Source: an uncultured Candidatus Rokubacteria bacterium
Lineage (GTDB): Bacteria; Methylomirabilota; Methylomirabilia; Rokubacteriales; CSP1-6
Direction of reading: 5' to 3'
Assembly: GCA_963771355.1 (NCBI GenBank)
Contig: CAVYTA010000006.1
Location: 2,464,001 to 2,528,000, forward strand
DNA length: 64,000 nt
The position numbers and the translations under genes are program-made. Every line of letters begins with the position of its first letter. The stretch's first letter is position 1. Under the pieces are notes generated by a model. That model saw nothing but the letters and a program-made list of their open reading frames with translations, was not told the DNA's origin and made no database searches. Shown here piece by piece: positions 35,540 to 44,321 of the stretch.

Positions 35540-35832
35540 GGGGCGACAGTAGCACGCCGCTCAGGAAAGGCAGGATTCGCGCCAAGCGGGGCCGGGGGCG
35601 CGCTCCGGCCAAGTGTGCGAGAAAGCATGAACTGTCTCAGCACATCTCCGAAGGTCAGGTGGCGTCCACTGCCCCGTCGGCGGGGCAGCAGCCCCCGCGA
35701 GGATGGGGCCGGCGGGGTGAACGTCCGGCGTGACGGGCATTTAGAGCCGATGCCCAGTGGGGGGTGCACAGCGGGGGGCAAAGTGCAGCCTTCGTCCGCT
35801 CCCCGGCCATCGCGATGTCGTATGCTCCCGCC

Positions 35833-36581
35833 ATGGCGCGACGGCCCCGGTTACGGTCCTGCTTGCTGCTGGGACTTGCCGTGACCTTCGCCGTTCCTGC
35901 CTGCGCCACGCTCGAGCGGGCCGGCGCGAATTACTGGGAGCTGTCGAGCGAAGCCTCGGGGCAGGCGCCAGATCCCGCCGCGACGCCGGAGCCGGTGATC
36001 CAGGTCTACGCGGCGCGCACCGTGGGCTGGCGCGGGCTGGTGGGCGTGCACACGTGGATCGTGCTCAAGCCGGCGGAGGCGCCCACCTATACGCGCTACG
36101 AGGTGATGGGCTGGGGCGTCGGATCGGGGCGGCCGGCGATCCGTGTGAACCGCATGGGGCCGGACAACCACTGGTTCGGGAGCCGTCCCGACCGCCTGGT
36201 AGACCGGCGCGGTCCCGAGGTCGGGGCGCTTTGATCGAGAAAGTCGACGCGGCCATCAAGGACTATCCGTATCCTGATCGCTATCGCTCCTGGCCCGGGC
36301 CCAACAGCAATACCTTCCTCGCGCACATCGGCCGCGCGGTGCCGGAGCTGCGGCTGGATCTGCCGTCCACCGCCATCGGCAAGGACTTCTTGCCCAATGG
36401 CGACCTCACCGCGCTGGCGCCGAGCGGTACCGGCGTGCAGGTCTCGCTGTTCGGGCTCGCGGGTCTCCTGGTGGGGGTGGAGGAGGGGCTCGAGGTGAAT
36501 CTCCTCGGGCTCTCCTTCGGCCTCGATCTGAACCGGCCCGCGCTGCGGCTTCCCGTCGCGGGGCGGCTCGGCTTCCCGTGA
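35833..36581 (+). pseudogene. DUF3750 family protein split by a frameshift near 36230
   Basis: Frame 1 'QVYAART.GWRG..GVHTWI..RYEV.GWG' stops at 36234; another frame continues 'LIEKVDAAI..YPY...YRSWPGPNSNTF'. Confidence 0.8.
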
Positions 36582-36596
36582 GGCGCAGCGGGCGGA

Positions 36597-37028
36597 TCAG
36601 GCCTCGGGCGGCACGCGCCGCCTGAACACCTTGGCGAGCGCCTCGGGCGCGAGCCCGAGCTGGACGAAGGCCACGCCGGTATCGGCGTACTCGCGATAGG
36701 CGGCGATCTTGCCGCCCGCGAGATCGAACACGCTCATCCCCTTGAAGCGCACCGGCTTGCCCGCGCTGCGCGGGATCGCGTCGGACACCGTGTAGGAGAA
36801 GCGCCACTCCCCCGCCGCGCGGCGGGCATCCTCCACGACATGGGTGAACTCCCAGCGATAGCCCTTGCCCTCGTGGAACATGCGCTCGAACATCTCCCGC
36901 AGCTTCGCGCGGCCCGCGTGGGGGCCGAAGAAGATGTCGTCGTAGCTCCCGTCCTCGGTGAAGCAGTCGACGAGGGCATCCACGTCCTGGCGGTTGAAGG
37001 CGTCGGCGAAGCGGGTGACGATGCTCAT
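36597..37028 (-). CDS. SnoaL-like/NTF2 family protein
   Basis: 'RFADAFNRQD', 'GKIAAYREY.D'. Confidence 0.85.
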   Translation of the reverse strand: MSIVTRFADAFNRQDVDALVDCFTEDGSYDDIFFGPHAGRAKLREMFERMFHEGKGYRWEFTHVVEDARRAAGEWRFSYTVSDAIPRSAGKPVRFKGMSVFDLAGGKIAAYREYADTGVAFVQLGLAPEALAKVFRRRVPPEA

Positions 37029-37516
37029 GGCTCTCTCCCTAGCAGGCGGGGCACCGCCTTCTCGAGGCAGCGGAGGATCTCGTCGCGGCAGAGGCGAAAG
37101 GCGGTCTCACCCTCGCCGGCGGGATCGGCGATGTCGCCCTCCTCGTCCACGAACTCGCGCAGGGTGACGATGCGCCGGCCCGCCGCCTCCGCGAAGGCGT
37201 CGAGCATGAACTTCTGCTGGACGGTCATGGTGAGGATGAGATCCGCCTCCGCGATGAGGTGCCGGTGGCGCTTGAGGTCGGTGGAGGTCATGTCGTCCTC
37301 CCCCAGGTACACGCCGATCTCCTTCAGCGCCAGCCGCGCGTCCAGGGACGGCAGCATGCCGTCGCGGCAGTAGGTGGCGATGCCGCCCGAGCGGATGCGG
37401 TACGGGTGGCGCGCGTCGCGCTCGGTCAGCATCTTCTCGAGGAGGACCTGGGCCATCACGCTGCGCGCGGTATTGGCGTGGCAGACGACCAGCAGCTTCT
37501 GCTCCCCGTCGATCAT
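37025..37516 (-). CDS. Low-molecular-weight phosphatase/ArsC-fold protein
   Basis: P-loop 'VCHANTARS' (CX5R), 'ADLILTM', 'DIADP'. Confidence 0.88.
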   Translation of the reverse strand: MIDGEQKLLVVCHANTARSVMAQVLLEKMLTERDARHPYRIRSGGIATYCRDGMLPSLDARLALKEIGVYLGEDDMTSTDLKRHRHLIAEADLILTMTVQQKFMLDAFAEAAGRRIVTLREFVDEEGDIADPAGEGETAFRLCRDEILRCLEKAVPRLLGREP

Positions 37517-38568
37517 CCCTTGGTGTCGGGCAGCGGCCGGTAGTACGGGTTCCCCTGCCCCACCCACTCGCCCAGCATGGCGCGGAACTGGGGGCCCATG
37601 GGGTCGATGCCGCGCATGGGCATGGTGCCGCGGCGGATGGTGAAGTCATGCGGGGCCAGCTCGCCGCCGCGGACGAAGTGGCGCTCGGCGGCATCTGCCC
37701 GGCCCTGGCGGTAGAGCCACTCACCCAGCCCGAACTCGGCGCGCGCCTGCTGGTCGGCCTCGCCGGGGAGGGGCTGGAGCTCCCGGGCGGAGGCGCCCGC
37801 GGGCAGAGCCGGCGCCTCGCCCCGCACCCAGGCCCGCAGCGCGCCCAGATGCCGGGCCGACTCGAGCCCGGTGATGTGCTTGAAGGTGTCGGTGCCGAAG
37901 GCCACGTCGTTCGGCCGCACGATGCGGCCGGCCTCGTCGATCCAGAACACGGTCGGCACGTTGACGATGTTGTAGAGATCGGCCAGCACGTGGCCCGTGT
38001 CCACCAGCGAGGGATGGCGCGGGCGCGCCGCCTCGATCCAGGGCCGCGCATCCTCCGGGCTCTTGTCCAGCGCCACCGTGATCACCGTGAAGCCCGCGCC
38101 GCCCAGCTCCTCGAAAAGCGCCTGCCAGACCGGCAGGTCGAGGCGGCACCCTCACCAGGACGCATAGGCGACGAGGAGAACCTTCTTGCCGCGGTGCTCG
38201 CGCAGCGAGTGGAGCCGCCCGTCCAGATCGGGCAGCGTGAAGTCGGGCGCCTCGAGCGCGGCCAGGGCGCGCGCGCGGTCGCTCGCGCCCACGCCGAGAT
38301 AGGCCGCCCGCTCCGCGGGGTCGAGCGCGAGGGGCCGGCCCAGCGCCGCCGCCACGGCGGCCAGGTCCACGCCGTCCGCGCTCTCGAGCGCGGCGCCCGG
38401 CCGTACCGGCACGCAGAGCGCGCCGCGGCAGAGGCCCTCGGGCTTGAGCGTCCAGCCGGTGGCCCGCTCGAGCGCCTCGCGCGTGAGGCGGATGGTGTCG
38501 CCGCTCACGCGCGCGGGCACCGTCGCGGGCTTCCCCTCATCGAGGATGGTGAATGTCGAGTCGGTCAT
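37513..38568 (-). CDS. Probable selenoprotein: TlpA/redoxin-like thiol-disulfide oxidoreductase (Sec139, W-U-G-C), 351 aa
   Basis: 'APDFTLPDLDG...KKVLLVAYASW' then TGA (38152-38154) then in-frame 'GCRLDLPVWQ...VALD...NVPTVFWIDE.G.IV'; SECIS-like hairpin follows. Confidence 0.88.
38121..38137 (-). promoter_or_regulatory. Bacterial SECIS-like hairpin
   Basis: CCTGCC-GGTCT-GGCAGG starting 14 nt after the UGA; the GGUCUG apex resembles the E. coli fdhF SECIS. Confidence 0.75.
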
Positions 38569-38614
38569 GGCGTGGCTCCTGGGCGCCGCGGCTTGGGGCG
38601 CGTCCGGATCGTGG

Positions 38615-39247
38615 TCAGCGCCACGCCCAGACGGGCTGCTCGAAATGATACACGCGCGTCGCGCGCCCGTGCATCGCCACCTCGCGCGTCTGGTAGACCA
38701 CCGCCGCGGTGGGCGCATGGACCAGCGTCTCGAGAATGGGCAGCTGGATGACGGGGCGGTCGCTCTCGGGGATGGAGATGAGCCGGGGGACGTCGGGACG
38801 CTCGAGCTCGTCCCAGGGCACGAGGTGGGCACTCGCCACCTCGGCCGGGTTCGGGACGAGGGGATTGGAGGCGTCCCACCACACCACCACCGGCGTGATG
38901 AGGAAGCCCGAGCGGGTGGGATAGTCGTCGAGGAGGCCCAACACCGCGTCGGGCGCCAGCGTGAGCCCGAGCTCCTCGGACAGCTCCCGCAGCGCCGCCC
39001 GCTCCGGCGTCTCGTCGCGATCCAGGCGCCCGCCGGGCAGCGCCCACTGGCGCGCGTGCGCGCGGAGGCCCGCCGCGCGGCGCGTGATGAGAAAGCACGC
39101 GCGCCCGGCCTCGTCCGGCAGCAGCACCACCGCCACCGCGGCGGGGCGCAGGCCATCGGGCGCGGCGGCGCGGCGCTCGAAGCCGATCAGATGCGCGCTG
39201 GCGCGGGCGCGGAGCGCGTCGTCGAAGCGATGGGGAGCGGCGGCCAC
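38615..39247 (-). CDS. Nudix hydrolase, CoA pyrophosphatase-like
   Basis: 'RAHARQWALPGGRLD..ET...AALRELSEELG'. Confidence 0.9.
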   Translation of the reverse strand: MAAAPHRFDDALRARASAHLIGFERRAAAPDGLRPAAVAVVLLPDEAGRACFLITRRAAGLRAHARQWALPGGRLDRDETPERAALRELSEELGLTLAPDAVLGLLDDYPTRSGFLITPVVVWWDASNPLVPNPAEVASAHLVPWDELERPDVPRLISIPESDRPVIQLPILETLVHAPTAAVVYQTREVAMHGRATRVYHFEQPVWAWR

Positions 39248-39286
39248 TCCTGCACGACACCGCAGATTCGCGGTAGTGTCAAGGTC

Positions 39287-40147
39287 ATGCCCATCAAGCT
39301 CGGCCTCTTCTCGATGAATCAGGACGCCTGCAGCTACCCCGAGACCGCCGCCCGCGTGGCCCGGGCCGCGGAGGCGGCGGGCTTCGAGTCGCTCTGGTGC
39401 GGCGAGCACGTGGTGCTCCCCGATCCGCAGGCGCCACCCTCGCCGATGGCCCCGCGCGATCGCATTCTCGATCCGGTGGTGGCGCTCACCTTCCTCGCCG
39501 CCCATACGAGCCGCCTGCTCCTGGGCACCGGCATCATCATCCTCCCGCAGCGCAATCCTCTGGTCCTCGCCAAGGAGCTGGCCAGCCTCGACGTGCTCTC
39601 GGGCGGCCGCCTGCTCTTCGGCATCGGCGTGGGCTATCTCGAGCCCGAGTTCCGCGCCGTGGGCGCGCCCTATGCGGCGCGCGGCGCCGTCACCGACGAG
39701 TACCTCGAGGCCATGCAGGCGATCTGGAGCCAGGCCGAGCCCGCCTACGCGGGCCGCCATGCCGCCTTCTCCCACGTGCAGGCGCATCCCCAGCCCGTGC
39801 AGCGCCCCTGGCCGCGCGTCATCGTGGGCGGGCGCTCCCCCGCCGCCTTCCGCCGCGCGGTCTCGCGCGCGCATGGCTGGTATGGCTTCGGCCTCGACCC
39901 CGCGGGCGCGGCGACGGCGCTCGCGGGACTGCGGGAGGCGACGAAGCAGGTGGAGCGGCCCGCCGCGCTGGGGCCGCTCGAGATCAGCCTCACGCCCCGC
40001 GGCTGGGGACTCGAGCGCGCGACCGCAGCGGAGTTCGCCGCGCTGGGTGTTCAGCGCCTGGTGGTACGCGCGCCACGCGATCTGGACGCCGCGGGGCTCG
40101 AGACCTTCGTCGGCCGCTGCGGCGAGGATCTCGTCGGCGAGGTGTGA
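39287..40147 (+). CDS. LLM-class F420-dependent oxidoreductase (Rv2161c-like)
   Basis: 'GFESLWCGEHVVLP', 'PQRNPLVLAKELASLDVLSGGRL'. Confidence 0.9.
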   Translation: MPIKLGLFSMNQDACSYPETAARVARAAEAAGFESLWCGEHVVLPDPQAPPSPMAPRDRILDPVVALTFLAAHTSRLLLGTGIIILPQRNPLVLAKELASLDVLSGGRLLFGIGVGYLEPEFRAVGAPYAARGAVTDEYLEAMQAIWSQAEPAYAGRHAAFSHVQAHPQPVQRPWPRVIVGGRSPAAFRRAVSRAHGWYGFGLDPAGAATALAGLREATKQVERPAALGPLEISLTPRGWGLERATAAEFAALGVQRLVVRAPRDLDAAGLETFVGRCGEDLVGEV

Positions 40148-40148
40148 C

Positions 40149-40589
40149 GTGGCCGCCACCTATCGCCTCGGCGCCGCTCGCCGGCTCGCCAATGCGCTGA
40201 TCCGCGCACTCCTGCGCGTCGGCCTGGGCCCGCCGCGCACCTATCTCCTCACCGTGCGCGGCCGCAAGACCGGCCGGCCGCTGTCCACCCCGGTGACGCT
40301 CGTCGAGGCGGAGGGACGGCGCTGGCTCGTCAGCCCCTACGGCGAAGTCGCGTGGGTCCGCAATACGCGGGCGGCGGGGCGCGTCACGCTGGCGCGGGGC
40401 CGACACGCGGAGTCGGTGGCGGTCCGCGAGCTCGCGCCCGCGGAGAGCGCGCCCGTGCTGAAGCGCTATGTCACCGAGGTCCCCATCACGCGGCCGTACT
40501 TCGACGCGCGGCCGGACTCCCCGCTAGCTGCCTTCGTCGCCGAGGCCCCCCGCCACCCTGTGTTCCTGCTCGAGCCCACGACGCGTTGA
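40149..40589 (+). CDS. Deazaflavin-dependent nitroreductase family protein
   Basis: 'LLTVRGRKTG...TPV', 'WVRNTRAAG', 'HPVF'. Confidence 0.85.
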   Translation: MAATYRLGAARRLANALIRALLRVGLGPPRTYLLTVRGRKTGRPLSTPVTLVEAEGRRWLVSPYGEVAWVRNTRAAGRVTLARGRHAESVAVRELAPAESAPVLKRYVTEVPITRPYFDARPDSPLAAFVAEAPRHPVFLLEPTTR

Positions 40590-40615
40590 CCAGCGACGCT
40601 GACATGGTGTAGATT
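40586..40615 (+). promoter_or_regulatory. Sigma70-like promoter (leaderless transcript)
   Basis: TTGACC-N18-TAGATT, 7 nt before ATG 40623. Confidence 0.6.
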
Positions 40616-40622
40616 CCGCGCC

Positions 40623-40859
40623 ATGGCAAAGAAGAAGACGGTCAAGCGCGCAGCGAAGAAGGTTTCGGCGAAGAAGGCCTCGGCGAAGAAGGTCTCGGCC
40701 AAGAAGGTCGCCGCCAAGAAGCCGGCGGCGAAGAAGGCCCCCGCCAAGGCCCAGGCGGCCAAGCCGGCCAGGATGGCGCCGGCCACCCCGGCCCCGACCC
40801 CGTATACGCCCCAGCCCATCTCGGGCATCGGCTGGGCCCCCTTCCGCTACCCCTCGTAG
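40623..40859 (+). CDS. Small Lys/Ala-rich histone H1-like protein
   Basis: AKKxx pentapeptide repeats (six 15-bp units, 40653-40742). Confidence 0.75.
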   Translation: MAKKKTVKRAAKKVSAKKASAKKVSAKKVAAKKPAAKKAPAKAQAAKPARMAPATPAPTPYTPQPISGIGWAPFRYPS

Positions 40860-40867
40860 CCCGCGGC

Positions 40868-41671
40868 GTGCCGAACCCGCTCGCGCTCCATACGTGGACG
40901 CTGGACTCCACGCCGCTCCTGGAGGCGCTGGCGGTGGCCAAGCGCACCGGCTGGGACGCGGTGGAGCTGCGCCGCATCGACTTCATCCGCGCGCGCGAGG
41001 CGGGCAAGACCGATGCGGACGTGTGGAGCTGGGTCAAGGCCTCTGGGCTGACGGTGGCCTGCGTGGGCGTGGAGATGGGTTGGCTGCACGCGGAAGGCTC
41101 AGAGCGGGCGCGGCTCCTCGGGGTATTCGCAGAATCGTGCGCCACGGCCAAGGCCTTCGGCTGTCCGCGCGTGATGAGCGCGGTGGGCCCCGGGCAGGGC
41201 GAGCTGGCCGCCTCCGCCGCCACCGTCCGCGAGGCCGCGGGCATCGCCCAGGCGCTGGGGGTGCGGCTGGCCTTCGAGTTCGCCTATAGCGCCGCCCAGC
41301 TCAACACGCTCGCACGCATGCGCGAGCTGCTGGCGCGAGCGGGGCATCCGGGCGCGGGGCTCCTGCTGGACACCTACCACATCGTGCGTAGCGGGGGCAG
41401 CGCGCGGGATGTCGAGGACGTGGCGCCGTCGGAGATCGTCTACGTGCAGTTCAGTGACGTGCCCAAGGGCGCGCTGGATCCCAAGCAGGCGCTGAACCGG
41501 CTCCCGCCCGGCCAGGGTGTGGTGCCCTTCCGCGAGCTCTTCGGAGCCTTCGTGGCCAAGGGCTACACGGGTCCCTTCAGCTATGAGGCGCCCAATCCCG
41601 CGGCCTGGGCGCGGCCCGCAGACGACGTGGCGCGCGAGGCCCTCGCCGCCAGCCGCGCCGTGCTCGCCTAG
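40868..41671 (+). CDS. Sugar phosphate isomerase/epimerase (AP endonuclease 2 TIM barrel)
   Basis: 'LAFEF', 'LLDTYH', 'VQFSD', 'RLPPGQG', 'SYE'. Confidence 0.85.
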   Translation: MPNPLALHTWTLDSTPLLEALAVAKRTGWDAVELRRIDFIRAREAGKTDADVWSWVKASGLTVACVGVEMGWLHAEGSERARLLGVFAESCATAKAFGCPRVMSAVGPGQGELAASAATVREAAGIAQALGVRLAFEFAYSAAQLNTLARMRELLARAGHPGAGLLLDTYHIVRSGGSARDVEDVAPSEIVYVQFSDVPKGALDPKQALNRLPPGQGVVPFRELFGAFVAKGYTGPFSYEAPNPAAWARPADDVAREALAASRAVLA

Positions 41672-41763
41672 AGCCTCGCGGAAAAACCTGCCGAGCCGAG
41701 CCGCATCCGATCACGTTGCCTTCATTCTTGTGAACGCGAACCCCCTCTAGTACACTCGCCCGC

Positions 41764-42999
41764 ATGCGTGGGCCGAGGCTCCGCAGGCCAGTGGCACGCT
41801 GCCTCGCGATTGTGTTCTGCGCGGGGGTCCTCGGCGGCACTGCTGGCGTCGCGCTGGCCCGCGACGGCGACGAGCTCCGCGGCTACCTGAGCATCCGCGG
41901 GTTTGGCTCGAATCCGGGGACAGAAGTCCACGATTTCTGGGGCGCCGCGCTGGGCGCGAACTTCAATCGCTATCTCGGGGCCGAGCTGTCCGCCGAAGTG
42001 TTCGAGCGCCGGCTCCACGTCGACGGCTTCGACTCGGTGGGCGAGTACGGCATCACGGCTCTGGTGCCCCAGATCCGCCTGCGCTATCCCCTCTTCGGGG
42101 GCCGGCTGACCCCCTATGTCGTGGCGGGCGCGGGGGTCGCCCTCGGCGAGTTCAACGATCGAAAGGCCGGCACTTTCGGCAAGTCCGTGGACGTGGAGAG
42201 CACCATGGCCGTCGGCACGCTGGGCGGCGGGCTCGAGTACTTCATCGCCGATACCGTGGCGGTCGGCGTCGAGGTCAAGTACCTGTTCGCCGGCAGCCAG
42301 GATATCCGCATCGACGGCATATCGCATTCGAATTCGATCGATTCTCTCTTCGCGTCGTTCGGACTCCGGCTGTTCTACCCCGAACGCCCGACGGCACCGC
42401 CGCTCGAGGCGCAGGGGGGTCCGCCACGGCGCCTGTACCTCGTCCTGCACCTGGGAGGCGCGATCGTCACCGACCCGCACATCTCGTCCGAGCTCGAGAG
42501 CCGGCCGGAGCCGCCCGCGATCGGCCCGCTGAACCAGTACTTCGGCGGCGCGTTCGGTCTCGATATCGGCCGGTATTTCGGGGTCGAGCTCGGGTTCGAG
42601 GGGTACGAGACGAACCTGGAGCTGGAGGGCGTCGGCAGCGTGAGCGAGTACGCGGTGTACATGGCCGTGCCGCAGGCGCGGTTCCGCTATCCGCTCCTCG
42701 GCGGGCGGCTCGTCCCCTACCTGCTCGCGGGCGTCGGGGCGGCCAGCGGCGAGATCAATGACCGCAAACCGAAGGGCGAGGGAGTGCAGATCCGCGGGAC
42801 AGGCGGGATCGGCCTGGCGGCAACTGTCGGCGGCGGGCTCGAGTACCTGTTGACCCGGAACGTGGCGCTCGGGGTGGAGAGCAAGTACCTCTACACGCAC
42901 GGGCTCACGCTCAAGCTCGCCGGCGGTACGACACACGACGCCAATCTGGGCACGGTGCTCGTCTCGCTCGGGCTCCGCGTCTATCTCGCCGATTTCTAG
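41764..42999 (+). CDS. Outer-membrane protein with two tandem OmpA/OmpW-like beta-barrel domains
   Basis: Signal peptide; internal duplication 'RYPL.GGRL.PY..AG.G...GE.NDRK'; C-terminal Phe. Confidence 0.75.
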   Translation: MRGPRLRRPVARCLAIVFCAGVLGGTAGVALARDGDELRGYLSIRGFGSNPGTEVHDFWGAALGANFNRYLGAELSAEVFERRLHVDGFDSVGEYGITALVPQIRLRYPLFGGRLTPYVVAGAGVALGEFNDRKAGTFGKSVDVESTMAVGTLGGGLEYFIADTVAVGVEVKYLFAGSQDIRIDGISHSNSIDSLFASFGLRLFYPERPTAPPLEAQGGPPRRLYLVLHLGGAIVTDPHISSELESRPEPPAIGPLNQYFGGAFGLDIGRYFGVELGFEGYETNLELEGVGSVSEYAVYMAVPQARFRYPLLGGRLVPYLLAGVGAASGEINDRKPKGEGVQIRGTGGIGLAATVGGGLEYLLTRNVALGVESKYLYTHGLTLKLAGGTTHDANLGTVLVSLGLRVYLADF

Positions 43000-43052
43000 C
43001 CCGTCCCGCGGGAACCCCTCCGCATGAAGCGCGCGACCCCGGACCGGCTCGG

Positions 43053-44303
43053 GTGCTGAGCCGTCGCGCTCTCCTCGCGGGGGCAGGCGCGACGGCGCTC
43101 GCCGCGCTGGGCGGCGGGCAGCGGCGGGCGGAGGCAGCGCCTCTCCTCGACGACGGGTTGCGCAATCCGTGCCTCGACAGCCGGCTGCCGGAGCGCCTCG
43201 CCCGGCACGAGATCGTTCGAGCGGCCTGGGAAGGCATCGATCCCGCCCGCGTCTGGGACGTGCACGTCCACCTCGTGGGTGACGGCGACTCCGGGCAGGG
43301 GCCGTGGCTTCCCGCGGAGGCGCGGAGTCTCCGGCATCCCGTCGCCTACATCCGGCGGTTGACGCTGATGAACGCCGGGTGCGTGAACCCTCAGGCGGTG
43401 GACCGGAGCTACGTCGATCGTCTGCTCGCGCTTGTCGAGGTGTTCCCGCCGGGCGCCCGGTGCCTGCTGCTCGCCTTCGACTACCACCACGACGCCGACG
43501 GGCGCGCGGTGCCCACGCGCTCGTCGTTCCACGTGCCCGATCAGTACGCCGCCGGGGTGGCGGAGCGCTTTCCGCATCGCTTCGAGTGGGCGGCGAGCAT
43601 TCACCCCTACCGCCGGGATGCGGTGGCAGCCCTGGAAGCGGCGCGGGGCCGGGGAGCGCGGGCGGTGAAGTGGCTGCCCAATTCCATGGGCATCGACCCC
43701 GCCGCTCCGCGCTGCGACGACTTCTATGCGGCGCTCGCGCGGACCGGCACGCCGCTCCTCACCCACGCCGGCCACGAAGGCACCGTCGACGCCGGGGCGG
43801 GCGGGCAGGACCTCGGCAATCCGCTGCGGCTCCGCCGGGCCCTGGACCACGGCGTGCGCGTGATCGTCGCCCACTGCGCTTCGGTGGGGAAGGGTGTGGA
43901 TCTCGACGTGGGGCCGAACGGCCCGCGGGTCGGCAACTTCAGCCTCTTCGCCCGACTCATGGAGGACCCGCGCTACGCGCGGCTCCTGCACGGCGACATC
44001 TCCGCGCTGGTGCAGCGCGACCGCGCCGCCGTCGCTCTTGCCGCCCTCCTGACCCGCGCTGACTGGCACGGTCGCCTCCTCTGGGGCTCCGACTATCCCT
44101 TGCCAGGGGTCATGCCACTGATCAACGTGCACGCCATCGCCGGTCTGGGTCTCCTCGACCCGCGCGAGGTGCCGGTGATCGTGGAGATCCGCCGACACAA
44201 TCCGATCCTTTTCGACTTTGTGCTGAAGCGGCGGCTGGCCGCGGACGGGCGGCGCTTCGCCCCCGGGGTCTTCGAGACGCGTGAATACTTCGTGGCGGCC
44301 TGA
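43053..44303 (+). CDS. Amidohydrolase_2 family protein with Tat signal
   Basis: 'SRRALL', 'DVHVH', 'SIHPYR', 'AHCAS', 'GSDYP'. Confidence 0.88.
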   Translation: MLSRRALLAGAGATALAALGGGQRRAEAAPLLDDGLRNPCLDSRLPERLARHEIVRAAWEGIDPARVWDVHVHLVGDGDSGQGPWLPAEARSLRHPVAYIRRLTLMNAGCVNPQAVDRSYVDRLLALVEVFPPGARCLLLAFDYHHDADGRAVPTRSSFHVPDQYAAGVAERFPHRFEWAASIHPYRRDAVAALEAARGRGARAVKWLPNSMGIDPAAPRCDDFYAALARTGTPLLTHAGHEGTVDAGAGGQDLGNPLRLRRALDHGVRVIVAHCASVGKGVDLDVGPNGPRVGNFSLFARLMEDPRYARLLHGDISALVQRDRAAVALAALLTRADWHGRLLWGSDYPLPGVMPLINVHAIAGLGLLDPREVPVIVEIRRHNPILFDFVLKRRLAADGRRFAPGVFETREYFVAA

Positions 44304-44321
44304 GCCGCACAGGGGGCGGAC

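Noticed and set aside
35540..35830. Intergenic region with short ORFs and GC hairpins
   Set aside because: Divergent promoter region; no intI-like or other recognisable coding signal
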